NCBI GenBank assembly: GCA_964247055.1
Contig: OZ176056.1
Coordinates: 8,866,001 to 8,930,000 of the forward strand
Source: Paragordius varius
Lineage: Eukaryota > Animalia > Nematomorpha
Length of the DNA: 64,000 bases
Direction: 5' to 3'
The notes below the pieces were generated by a model. The model was not told where the DNA came from and made no database searches. It saw nothing but the letters and a program-made list of their open reading frames with translations. The position numbers and the translations under genes are program-made. Of the stretch, positions 35,772 through 49,828 are shown one piece after another (position 1 is the stretch's first letter; every line of letters starts with the position of its first letter).

Positions 35772-38700
35772 TGTGTAGCAGAGTCGGAATTGACCTTAGC
35801 AACAATAACAATTTTCAAAAAGACATTTAGCTTATTTGTATTTATAAATGCGCATTTCCAAGCTATTTCAAACCTGATTTAGCATGAAAGTTTTACAAAT
35901 AAAAGTTTTATAAAAATTTGACTTAATACATTTATATCGAGTTTCTTCCAAATATGTATATTCCTATTCATTCACAGCGATAATAGCCTATTCATTTTAA
36001 TACTTAAGCCCTAACCTACTTATTTTATTTTTATTTTCATTACAATTGATTGATTAACAATGGAAAATATAAAGTTTATTAAGACTTTACAGAATTCTGA
36101 TGAAGTGGCGCCTCCTATCTTGAACTGTTCTTTGGTGCCTTATTACATTTTTATGTTATCCAATTTGCATTTATAATTCAAATATAAGTCAAACTTATTT
36201 AATATCATATTCCCATAACTTTTGCGTTTTTAAAGCTACCGATCGCAAAAACAATGGCGCATAAAGTATGGAAGGAAGAGGATTTTTATATAAATGTTTT
36301 TCATTTTATCAATCGTTTATTAACCATTTTATGAAAACAAGATTCTAGTGTTAAGGGCTAGCTTAAGAATTGTTCTTATTTACTTTGCACAACTTTCACC
36401 TACACGTGACATCATAAAGTCCACTTTTTTTCTTTAATAACCCCTGGGGATTTTTTTGAACCTAACCATAGCCATAAGAAAATGGGAATATGGCAATTCT
36501 TTATAGAAAATCATTTTTGTTTTAATAAATTTATGGTATGAAAAGAATATATTAAACATATTTATGTTTTACTATGATAACTGGATTATATTCAAATATT
36601 TATCTTATTTTACATTCATATGATAATAGAAACACCATATACATTTTCTACGGTAGAGCAATTCTAAAACCAAGAAAATTCCAAAGCAAACTTGAAGATT
36701 TTTGCAACTGTTCTTTGTTCTTTTTTTTGCATATCAGGAATATTTATTTTACATATTTAACAATATTTATAACAGTTATGTGCTATCATATAATAAATTA
36801 TTAGTATTAAAACCTACTTTTTTCTCTACTCTGCAAAAGTATTATGCCTGTTGTACATCATATATCTTCTAGTTAAATATTTATTTATCTATTTATTTAG
36901 CAACAATGTATGGAAGGTTAATGCTTTAAGAATTTTTGTAAAGGCAATTCTTTAAAGAAAATATAAGATTATTTATTATTTAACTGATATTTATTTTTTA
37001 CACAAAAATTTATTAACTCATAGTGCCATCTTTAATATTATCTATAGATCAGCGATAAAATAATGTAAATTCATTGTGTGTCATTTTAAGGTAAAATTTA
37101 TTTTTTAACCAGAATTTATTGTATTTATCACACCCGATTATCGGGTAAAACACTTTTTCTATCAATAAGTAATTTGAGATTTTCATGGCAAATAATACTT
37201 TTTTATGTAATATTTTTTGTGATGACATGAAATAAAATGATATTTCATATTTTTTGCAATTTTATTGGTATAAAAATCAAGGTAATTAGGATTATGAAAT
37301 ATTATTATTTATGAATACAAGTTATTACTAAAAAAAACTTTTATGAAAATATATTATAACGAATTAAAAAGCTTTTTTATATTTTTTATATCGAAATTCG
37401 GGGGTTTTTAGTCACTTCCTTTAATTATGGCATAAAATTGCGAAAAAAATTAAAAAATTAATTTTTAACATAAGACTATAAAAGAAATACAAAACGCCAT
37501 ATAACTAAAATATTTATTTCATCAATTTTTATAGTTTTGTTGTCAAAATTTATCAAACACTTTTAATGTTTTGTAGAAATATTTTTGTGATTTATGACAT
37601 TTTGATTGAATTTTTTGTGCAGCTGGGTGTTCCTCTGTTTAGACAATAAAATAATATGCAAAAAATCATTTTAGGGTAGAAAGTTTCAGAGAATTATATA
37701 AATTAACATTACCTGGAACTATTATAGTGAATGTAATAAATAATGGATTGTCCGGTTTTAAAGGCATAGAGCCATTAAAATGATAAAAAAGTGTTCTAAG
37801 ATCGGAGAGTAGAAAAAACCTAAATTTTACAATAGATTTCGAATTTTTTTTATTGAAATATGATTTTTTACGAACATACATATCTAATCCTATAAATATT
37901 CCTTTAAGGACAATATTTAGAGCAAACTTATAAAGACTCCATTAATTTTTCGATATATATCAAGGTGGACCAGCTAACAATTCCAAATATTAGTGAAATA
38001 ATTATCAAAGATAATAAATTAATTGATCTATTTAATTACACATTTAGCATTTCTAAAAATTGGAATTATACCGACAAACCGTAAAAAAGACAAATATTTT
38101 TTTCTAAAAGACAACCATATTTTTTGAAGTCAATTTATTCAAAAATTACTGATTGTTATTGCAAATTAGGGATTAGATATGTTTTTAATACATTCATTTA
38201 TATCATTTACAAAAATTTAATCAAGCAGGTTATGTAGGAAAAAGTAGGGCTGTATTAAAAAAAAAATTTGTCTTTATATTTTTATGTTTTGTCCATAGTA
38301 TAATTTCAATTTACTGTAAATCTATATAAAATTTTGTATTATACTGTCAATTGTTAATTGAAAAAATTTTAATTCAATTTCAAAAAAATTATTTAAAACA
38401 GGAGGCAATTTTTTATCCAACTTTCCGCTGTTTGATCACCAATACATAATTTTTGAAGCATATTAAATTACTTAAATATAATATAAGATATTTGCTATTT
38501 TTTTACACGAAACACCATATAATATTTTTTTATTTTATAATAAAAAATATCATTTTAAGGCGTCGTGAATCCCAATCAAAAAGTGACATAATCATATTTT
38601 TAGTTATCTATATTACAAATGAAAGATAGATGGAAATGAATAGCAAATTTTGACAATTTTAATCCATCTAACATATAAAAAAGCAAGGATTATCCCTACA

Positions 38701-39690
38701 GATGGACATCTGTTGTATACAAATGACATAAATATAAGACTAGATTATTTTGAAACTAATTTTTTTTATTTTTTCCATGGCATTACGAATACAAGTCCTA
38801 AGCTAAGAGCGTACACATCCAAAGCTTATATAATAAATTCCTATTGCATTAATATTGATTTTTGGATTAAAAAAAATTGATCCCTAAACCTCTATACAAA
38901 TTTTGTTTAATTAAAAGTGGACATACATACATATATATATATATGTGTTAGTCTTTGATATATTTATAAGTCTAAAAATTTATTTTTACTAAACTTAAAT
39001 TCGATTGTGAAATCATATTTATCAATCGATAAAGTAGTCAATTATAACATCTTTTGGTGTTAATTAGTAACATGTGAAAATTTATCGCTAATTATCGATT
39101 ATAATATTTATATTTATATAATGAACGACAAATTAGAAATATGTGCCGTTCTCAACTTAAAAAGCAATCTTAATAAAATTAATATTTTTTGCAAAAAATT
39201 GAAATAGAGTTTTAAAATCTCAAATTACTCACTCACTCGGTTTAAATGTTTCCAAAAAAGTCATGAGGAGTATCTTTATAGAAAGAATAGATTTCAGCCA
39301 AAACATATTCATATATTTTCGGCAATGATTAACTGGAAAGTTTCATAATCTATATATTTTGTTTTATTATTTTGATGAAAACATTGTTTATAAGCTTAAC
39401 CGCAAAACTAACATTTAACTATAAAAATATATATATAACAAATTAACATTTATTGATCGGTTGGCTCATTTTCATTTTTTGCTTTGCGCTTGCATTTTTG
39501 TTGTATTTTCGCACACAAAAATTTTTTTATACATCTAAAGAATATATATTTTTTCCAGAATATTCCTCCAGAATCTTTACATATATATCGCTTAATTTTA
39601 GCTAAAAAGAATACATCTAAATAATTTTGCACCTAAAAAACCATTTTTTTTTACTAATTTTTTATCCAACTCAACTGCATAGAGGATAAA

Positions 39691-42600
39691 ATGAAAAAAC
39701 GACCAGAATCCCTACCTGTCCGAACAAGAAGTGATTATCAAACTGCTAATATTTTACACGCAAACAATGTAAATAACCTGATAAAAACAAACGAACAGTT
39801 AAATTTAGTCGAAAAACCAGGAAAAAACATTGTACATCCATCTATTTTACATAAAAACTTTTTAGTAAATTCTAAAGCTAAAACACCAAATAAAGTAACA
39901 AATCATTCAATTGCATGTGGTGAAGGGCAAAAATCTGGACAGCACCACAGCTCATATAATCACCGCACAAATCCAAGGCAAAAACAACCAAGTTTTATCT
40001 CGTTGACTTCCTATACGACAGATAAAAGTGCACCCTCGTCTTCAGGAATATCTAGCTTACAGAGTCCCAGTGTACAGTTATTGAATGATTACTATGTTGA
40101 ACAAAATACTCTTCTGCAAAAAACAGCTTTGGGGGCGCCTTTTAAACATAATGATCAACAAAATAACGATTCCAATAACCTTCTTAAACAGACACCAGAG
40201 AAATCCAATGCTTTTTTAGATTCCTATAAGGAGTTGATTGTTAGACTGTCCCAAGCCCAACTGACTATTGATGAACTTTCCCGGCAAACTCATTTACAGG
40301 GGGATGCACTTAAGAATTGGAGACCATACCTTAGAGATGCTATTATAATGCAACAAAAACAACAAAGGTAGATAATAGCATAACAAACATTTTAGTTATA
40401 TTTCATAGTTTTTCGATCCTATATACCTGTTTTTTTTGGTTTATTAAAGAAAAGTCCTATTTTTCCGTTTTATTGATTCAACGGATTAACCTTTATCTGT
40501 AATATAAACTATTATTATTTAAGGTGACCAATGATTAATTTCACATATTTGGTTTTTAATATACATGATTGATTAACAGCAGAGTTGGTCATTCCAAGAT
40601 GTCCAAAAATAAAACTTATCCCTATCCATCAAATTTTATTTTTTTTTCTTTTTATTATGTACTATAAAAATATCGGTCCCGTTAAATTATCTCGTTTGTA
40701 CTGAATTAAAGAAAATTTTTGATAAAATATGATAAATTTAAATTTTATCATGGGATTTTTCTAATAAATTTCTTGTTAATGCGAAAATGTGTAGGGCTGG
40801 AAGTAGTTGTGTAATGCGATCACCCTCTTTGTATGCCCAAAGTTCACCCTATAACCCCAAAAGATCTTCTCAGTTTTCTAGAGATAAGGAATATTCTTTT
40901 GCAAGTTTAAGACGGCAAAGGAAACAGAAAGCACTCTATTTCGATGATAAAAAAAATAATGAACCTACGCATTGTCAAAATTTGGAAAATATTTCGGGTA
41001 AAATCCGACCTGAAAAGAGCCAATCACTTTACAATGTTCAAGCTATGAAGTTTACAGAAGCTAAGGATATTAATAAGGGATCTAATCAAGGAAATACAGA
41101 AAACACTGATAAAAATAACTTAAATAATATTGAGTTTAACTTGGAAAATAGTAAATCTGGTAAGATTTTTGACACAATTGAATATTCTGAAAAACCAATA
41201 ATACATTTATGTTAATAACTAACATTTTTTCTTTTGGTCACAGCTTTTAGGTCCAAAAATTTATTAAAATCTTTAAACTATACCTAAATCATACTTAAAA
41301 ATAAGCAAAGTTTAAAAAAGTTATTTATTCATGTCCAGGAGTCGTCAACTATCCTAAAAAAGCTAATTTTCAAAATTACTTTTCAATACTCAATATTTAA
41401 CCCATTTTTGCAGATGCAGATTGTAATATAAATTTAATTTAAGACCTAAGAGTTTAATTTTAAACAGAATTTTAAACCTAAGTTTACATAATATAATAGA
41501 AACTAGTTATGACTCCCAACAAAAATGCAGAGATTATTTAGCAAAATCTGAATTTACCCCAGAAGAAAATCAAGAGAGGAAAGATGTCCAAACACCAAAA
41601 ACGTATTTATCAATGAATTTAGATGCAGTTTGCAATGGTAAAAATAGCTTATATTTTTTGGTTGGAAATATAGTGTAATGAACTAAGAAAATTTATTTTT
41701 TTAACTATGATTAAATATATAGAACATTGTATCAGGTGCAAACTAGTAATCCAAAATAACGCATTCTTCTTCCTAAGTTTATATATGATACTACATAGTT
41801 TTTTTTGTCTAATAATCTGATTTTTTAATCAATTTTATTTAAAATACTTCGTTCGCAAGTTAGATAATTGCCTTTTGAAACTATCAGATAAAGTGTAGAT
41901 TTGTGGTCAATATAAAATTTTGATAGTGCATCCGATGTTAATTTTATGGGATATAGTAAAAACACGACTTATTCGGTATTACACTGATCTTAACATTTTT
42001 TTAAGGGGAGGGTTTATTTGTCTTTGAATTTTTGTACATTATAATAACCAAAAATATGATATAAAAATTTATTTTGGTTTTACTATAAATTATAGATACA
42101 TCAAGTAGAAAATCAAATTTTAATCATGTTTCATCAAATGTAAACCCCAGTATTAACGAATGTAACTCTGAAAATGCTTTTAAGCAAACTTCAAAAGCCA
42201 ATCATCGCCATTTGTTAATCAGTTACCTTATACGGCTTAAATGGATTGAAGATAATGTAATATTTTTGTTGTTTAAAAAGAGAAATTTAAACGCTATTTT
42301 TTGTTTGTTTAATGTTTGCCAATTAACTTTATGTAATTCAACAGATACATTGTATTAAGAAATAATGTGGGTTTTAGATCTGTTAAAAAATATTCCGATT
42401 GGATAGCTTATGAACAGAGATTTTAGTGTCACACCAAATATTAAAACAATATGTCATTATATTTTCTTTTAACAGTTCTAACATTAAATAAAAATAAGTT
42501 TAGCAAAATCTTTTACCTTAAACTTTCTGAAATTAATTATATAATAAACATATGTTTTACAATTTTTGACGGGACTTTTTAAAAGCTGTCACATTGACGG

Positions 42601-45600
42601 TCATTTAATTAAACACATACCTTATATATACGTATACATTTGCCCTAGCTAACAACCTTACAAAACCAATTTACAATTGATGATTTTTTAATGGATGCTA
42701 AAAATTCCTTAAACGCAAATGACCAGAAAACTGAATTAAATACCAATATTTATTATGGCTCTGAAAGTTCACCTACCAAAACGTTTATGGAAAAATGGGA
42801 AAACTTGAAGGCTGATTGGCATATTTTGCAACAAAATATTCAGAGTTGGCTAACGCAAAATGTCAATAATGTGTCTGACCGATTCCCTAATCAAACTGAA
42901 GAGTTTTTGAATAATTCTCAGTTCATGGATCAGGAAGATGATCATAACTCATTAGCGAGTTTGGATTATTCAGCTACGATAGATTTTGACGAGGATAGCC
43001 ATTCTATATCTTCGCATAAAGCGCACCCTTTGTCAATAACCAGTCCTGATATTGATACATCTTCTGCTGACATAACATTTGGCCCCGAAGAAGATGAAAG
43101 CCACCTAAAAGATAATTATTATGATAGCAAATTTATGTTCAAGAAAGAATTAAATCATAGCCTCCCTGGAACAAATAGTTACAAAACAAACTCTGTAATA
43201 CAAAGACGATTATTACAAGGGAATCATTGGACTTATGATGGTCAGCGATCTCAAAATAACCCAATAATTGACAATAAATTGGTTGAACGCTTTGTGAGCA
43301 CTGAAATGTGCCGGATAGATAAAAAATTTGAGAATATGGAGTCAACAATAGCATGCCTTAAAAAGGAGGATCAAGGCAAACCCATTAATAATAAAAACAG
43401 TTGCATAGAGAAAGAATCGAGTTCTTCACTAGAGACTCGCCCAAACACCCAATTGGAAATGGCTTCAAAAAATATTATATCATCATATCCTTACATAATT
43501 GTCGATAATACAAGAAATAAATCTCAGGGTACAATTAATTTTGCGGAGAATGGAGGCGTCAATGTAGAAAATCAAGTTATTGTTTGTTCACCCGCTAAAG
43601 AAATTATGATCCAATCAGTTGATTCTCATACGTCTTCCGTTATAACGGTTGTAGAAAACAGCCATGAAAAATCTAATATTTTGGAGGCGCCTATACTTAC
43701 CATCGAAAAAAACTTTTGTAAAATTCCTCAATATCGATACAATTGTGTTCAATCAACACAAATACACTTGTATCCAAACACTGCAAACAATACAACTATT
43801 AACTCTGATGCCTTGGGACGTAAATCTTTCCAGTATAGTGTATGCGTTACCAGTAGTTCGATAAAACACAATCCGGTAGCCATAAGCAAAATTAACCAAA
43901 CATCTTCGCAGGTTTGATGTGATACTAATTGATTTTTTACACCAGGTTATGACAACGGTTTTTAAGTTATATATATCTTTGAATTTTAAATTTTTTAATT
44001 TTGTGAATCCCAAGGGTTTTCTTAAAGCGGATTAAATAAGGGCAATCATGCTGTTGCTTATATTAAAAATGACTTAATTGACCTTTTTGATTTATAATTA
44101 TTTTCTCGAAATTAATCATAAGATTTTATCACAAGTTATATATATGGCATTTTATATACTCTATATCTCATTTTGGCTTGTTCTGACTTCTATAAAAATA
44201 ACCCGTTATATTATTATATTTAGTCTGAAACACAATCTGCATATTCTGCCAAAAGCATGCAACCAGACCCTAACACCAATGCGAGGATGCCATTGACCAA
44301 TTCGTACGAAAAAGGACCTACTGTATCAAACTCTCTAAATAAAATCATTGAATCGACTTCAAATGCATTAAGGATCAACGTATCACAACCAATAACTACA
44401 TACAAGTCTTGCTTAAAAGTTACGCCTGATACAAATCTCATTACTATATCATCATTAGCTGAAAAATATGGAATAAAAAGGGAAACGCCAAACATATCTT
44501 TTAAAAATTTTGTCCTATCACCACTCCAACATGAAAATGATGAAATAGCGCTGAAGCAAAGTGAAAACCCCACTTTAAAATATTTTACGGCAAATACGCT
44601 TGATACCAGAGCAAGCCAATATTTAAGGGCTGGTCAATTAATGAAATATCCTTCCATCACCGAAAAATATTCCACTTTAAGTAGTGGAGAAGCCCGCATT
44701 AAAAATTCCGCAAACATGAAGAATAGTAATATACTTAACAAATCATTTTATGAAACAAATACACCATCAAAAAAGCCACAGGATATTGGATATGGTGAGT
44801 TTCAAAAAAGACAAAATAATGACACAAAAGACACTTCATGTTACCAAGCCAATCCGAAATCTGAAATTACCAGCGTTTTTTCTACCATTTGTTCTGGCGC
44901 TTCAAATCCTTTCATAAGAGATATGTTTGATGAAGCCAGTTTACATGGGTGTTCTCAGCACTCAACCCCTGCTCACAAATACCAATCAAGTGTTGCTCAT
45001 ATCAAATTTAAACCAATTCAAACGCAATTAATGGTTAATTCTCACAAAGACAACAACACTGCACGACTTTTAAGCATACCTAGTAGAAAAGTTTATGAAA
45101 AAACAGAGGATAATACAGTAATCAACAATCGGGAAAAAAGTAATGCCATATCATATTTTCAAGATTTAAACAGCGGAGGAGACCCATATCTAAGTAAAGA
45201 CAATGAGGTTTTAAGACATCAAAGTAACAAAAATTTACCCAGTCTTGGTATGATGAGCCGATCGGAGTGTTGCGCTTTTAATTCAAGTCCCCTTAACACA
45301 AGTGTAATTCAACCTTCTTCTGTCCTGGGGGGATCGCCAACCGATCAACAAGATGTTATGCAATATTACAAATCACTTTATTATTTCTACTATTACCAAT
45401 ATATTGCAGCAAAGAAATATATGAAGCATTGTAAAAGCAATAACAGCTGCTTGAATCGGAATGGCACTGATCAAAATACCACCGACCCTTTGTTCCTTAA
45501 TGGTTATATTAGGGATTCTTACCTTGAACAATTGCGTGTTGCCATACGTAATCTCAAATCCTACCTCAAAGAGTTGGGGAGTGCCACGCTTAAAAAACAA

Positions 45601-47782
45601 AAATCATTTGATAATAATAATAAAAGGAATACAAATAAAACTTATTCGACATCTCAGCATGACAGTTTTTACGATTGGTGTAACGAGACAAACCTGAAAT
45701 GTCCACTCTATATTAAGTGTCAACATGAACAACCAACTCGTAGTAAAAAGCGTTTAGTTCCCTTCAAAATTAAGAAAAGTTGTAAGGATTACTTAAACAA
45801 AACCCTACCAATTCAAGGATCATACGAGGTGAGTCCATCAAAAAGTTATGATGAAAGTTTCAACGCAAACCATACAACAACATCGGATCATATGTCTGGT
45901 TTTGGCTGCAAAATACATTCGACTGGTAAGTTTTTAAATGTTAGTATTTACTTTAAATAAAATAATGTTGTTTAATCATTCAAAATATGGCTATTTCACA
46001 AGTTAAGTATTGTAAATAATTATTAAACGATTCAGAATAATTTTATATGAAAGTCTCAACGGTAAGAATACAAGCATTATAAAAATGTATTGTTAAAAAT
46101 ATAAACGCTTTTAAAATTAAAATTAATAGTACTTAAGAATCATAATTTATTCTTATACAACCTACAGTAAAAACTAAAATTATACGGACAAAAGGTAAAA
46201 ATATGAAGACAAATATTTTTTTCTAAAAAACAACCATACTTTTTAAATCTAGATTATGGCAAAGTGTGAAATAGAGTATATTATACTAACACAATCAATT
46301 CTATATTTTACGATTGTAACTTAGTAGCTTATATGAGAATTAAGTTTTTAAAAAGTATGGTTGTAATATTTGTGTTATTTTTACGTTTGTCCGTATAATT
46401 TCAATTTATACTGTATTAATCAAACTTAGGTAAACGATGCCATTCTACCATAGAATTACATCATCATCATCACAATAACGATTGCAGAGAATGTGTTCCA
46501 AACTATTTGAAACATATTTCCGATTGTCCAAGTATCTTGCCTTGTTGTGAGCCGTGTTCTTGCTGTCATCAAATGTCCTCGCCAGTTAAAAAATGTCACT
46601 TATGTGTCGCCAAATCTGATAAAACATGTCCCACATGTGGAAAAGATAAAAAAGTATCCGAAAACGCTACAAAGGAAAACCAAAAGAAACAGCAACGTTT
46701 TTCAATGATTTCGAATGCTAACATGGGTAAACAAAGATCAAAATGTCATTCTGTTGATTTCGAAGAGCATTCTACATATATAAATCATAGCTGTCTTCCA
46801 CCCGATCCCAACTTTTTAATACCTAGTGCTCAGGAGATATGTTCATTTGACACTAAAGAAATACAAAATATGGTTAATCCGCAAAATAAAATGCCTAAAG
46901 AAGTTGACATCGACAAAAATTCTGACTTAAAACGTCAATTCAGCACAGAAGTTAAGGCAAAATGTCCAATGTTGCGCTGTGATTCATTGCAATATACTCA
47001 TCAGGGGAAGAAAAAAATTTCAACAAACTTAAATACTGATCACAATTTAAGCCCTACTAAAATCAAAAATTTTAGCGAATATTATAACCAATTTATATAT
47101 GCTGACTACCCAAAATTTAAACCTTTGAGGAATTACACGGGTGATTTATTAGAGAAACCTGAAAATTTATTTATCAAGGATGCCATAACGCCCAAACACA
47201 TTGAAAAAAATGGTGTCAAATATATTGCTGTAGAATCATACAAAAGTGAAAATAATCGAAAACCAAAAAATGACCAATCAACCACCACACTGTTTGAAGC
47301 GACGTAAGATTTTTAAAAATTTAATCCTTTATTTGTAATCATTTTCCAAAAATTGAAACTATAGAGACAATACATAAAAAAAAATACAAATGAAGAACCA
47401 CCATACTTTTTTAAACCTTAATTCTTCACATACATAATTTATTAGTTACAATAATTATATATATGTGATATTTTGCAATTTAACAATGAGTCATAATTTA
47501 AAAAAATAAGTTTAGTAAAGTACAGTGACCTTTTAAAAAAATATTTGATTATATATTTTTACGTTTTGTCCGTATAAGTTAAAAATTACTTTATGTATCT
47601 CATATTATATTGTCAATATTTTTAGGAAAAATCAAAATGAGATTGATTTGATTGAGGAATCAAATTCTCACGATGCCAAATCGAAAGAAACCAAAAAGAA
47701 ACACATCGGGAAAATAAACTTAAAACATTATTTTAAACACATCTTCATAAAATCTTATTCTATTAAATCATCTTTCACATAA
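39691..47782 (+). CDS. Orphan multi-exon gene, ~1778 aa, largely low-complexity/disordered with short helical and Cys/His-rich patches
   Basis: Exons 39691-40367, 40795-41159, 41500-41637, 42096-42256, 42649-43911, 44224-45925, 46430-47303, 47626-47782 (5337 nt, phases match, GT-AG). Open frames of 1.2-1.7 kb in DNA this AT-rich are very unlikely by chance. No family motif recognised. Confidence 0.8.
46164..46413. mobile_element. MITE family 1 copy in an intron of the orphan gene
   Basis: TA|CAGTAAAAACTAAAATTATACGGAC...GTCCGTATAATTTCAATTTATACTG|TA. Confidence 0.85.
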
Positions 47783-48464
47783 TTATATAAATTATTTATT
47801 TGATTATTTTATATTTATACAACAAGCTTCTTCCAAATGTCCAACATATGTAGTCTATGATGACATTTTATTTTGATTGTGTGTTGAAAAATTTATTTTT
47901 TATAAAAAAAATTAATAAATATCTATCATTGTTGAAAAGTGATAAATTACTTTTTAAAACACTGAAAGGGTTTAAAATTCTCATTAAGTTAATATGGTTA
48001 CAGTTTTGTATTTTCAATAGGTGAAATCCACAAAATGTTTGTTTTAAAAAATTAAAGCCATCGAATTTTGAGGCCAGATGTCAAATAAAAAATTATCCTA
48101 AATCTTAGCTAGAATATTGTTTGACACCGCTTATAAATTATAAAAATCTGTTTTAATAATAATAAATACACTCCTGTCCTAATTCAATAATATATTTCAA
48201 CAAAAAATTATAATTATCAAACGAATATATAGCTAAAAATTGCAATCTAATTATATTACATATTATTATATACATTTATAAGAGGTCAGACCTACGCCTG
48301 AGTATTTATAAAAAAATATTTTAGTAGTTAACACTTTGTTTCAAATTTCTAAACAACCCGGAATAAAATGGATATTTTTAAAAAACTAAAGAGACGTCTA
48401 AATTTTTTTATGCTTCTTTATCCTAACAAAAATTATATAAATAGCTGAAATATCTCAATAAATC

Positions 48465-48890
48465 CAGTTTTCAAAAAAAAGTTCTATATCAAACTACTTC
48501 GGCGCCATTTTTGTTTTAGAACATTTTTGCAAAATATCGTGTTTATTTAATTTAAAAGCTAAAGTTAAAGCTAATTGTTTAATCACATCTAGAATTGATA
48601 GGAGCAGAAACGGTGGTCTATTTTGTATTATATTTAAATTTAGATAATGCACCACACATGTCATGTTGACTAAATTACCTTTGGGTTTTACCTTAAAATA
48701 AATAATATAAAGTATTTTTTGATGGTGTTTTGAAATATTCCGGTTTTATGTTATATAAGTGCAAACTTTTGCCATGGTTTCAATTCCTTCCAAAATTTTT
48801 GAAGTATTCAATTTTAAACAGGCCTAGGGTATATAACTATCCCAATTTGAATTGAAGGACTGGAATGAATGTGCCAAGTTTTACAATAAT
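48465..48890. repeat. Inverted copy of the repeat found upstream of PSMC2
   Basis: See the 9320-9700 entry. Confidence 0.75.
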
Positions 48891-49037
48891 AAATGCTTTC
48901 AATATACCTCGAAATAGTTCTTTTTTGGTTTACAGCTTCACCCCATATTAAATAGGAAACGTATATTTTATAATTTCAAAAAAATTAGCTATAAACAGAA
49001 GCTTGTCTTACCTTGAAATTTTAGTAAAACATGTTTT

Positions 49038-49078
<41 letters not shown>

Positions 49079-49644
49079 CTTACAGTAGCGTATGATGTAA
49101 AAAAACGTTTGTCCGAAATTGAATAAACGAAATTAATGTTGAGGTGTAGGACATGAAATGTTTGAATTCACATTGTTGGGTTATATCATATTGGATTTTT
49201 TATTTAGAGAGTCGCGACACCATTTAAGGTCGCGAGTGATAAAAATACAATTTTAAAAATGTTTTTTTTAAAAAATTATTGTAATAAATAACAACAATCA
49301 TCTTAGATAAAAATATCAGTAAAAGGTCAAAATCCACTTTTGTTTTTGGCATCATAATAAAAACATATCTATAACATTTTGTGCAAACTTCAATTTTAGA
49401 TTATATGACAAAATGAATTTAAATTTATATATAATTATATTCATATGTGTATTGTTACCTAATAAATATATAATCAAAAATATTAATTTATTTTTCTTTC
49501 ATATTTGTTGGGTGTCGTTAAGAAACTCGCAATTGTCGGGAATTGCAAAAGTTGAAAGCCCTATTTACATCTTAACGTCTCTCAATAATTATATACATAC
49601 TAATAAACCAAATTAAATTCAAAGCTTTATTTTGATACCAGCTT

Positions 49645-49769
49645 GAAAAATGTTGCGTTTGGATGAAAAAATGTTGTTTTTGGTTAAAAAGTGTTGCTTA
49701 TGCTTGAAAAAGTTGCGTTTGTTTGAAAATTGTTGCGTTTAGTTGAAAAATGATGTTTTTGCATGAAAG

Positions 49770-49826
<57 letters not shown>
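49645..49826. repeat. ~20-bp minisatellite (6 units) followed by a long (AT)n
   Basis: Units of the GAAAAATGTTGCGTTTGNTT type, then (TA)n from ~49772. Other (AT)n tracts at ~2580, ~3095, ~3456, ~4003, ~34603, ~49040, ~61075. Confidence 0.8.

Positions 49827-49828
<2 letters not shown>

Noticed and set aside
37670-38880. Faint pogo/DDE_1-like strings (SGFKGIEPL near 37.76 kb; IIPTDGH near 38.69 kb)
   Set aside because: The matches are too short and in the wrong order for one transposase. An HMM search would be needed.
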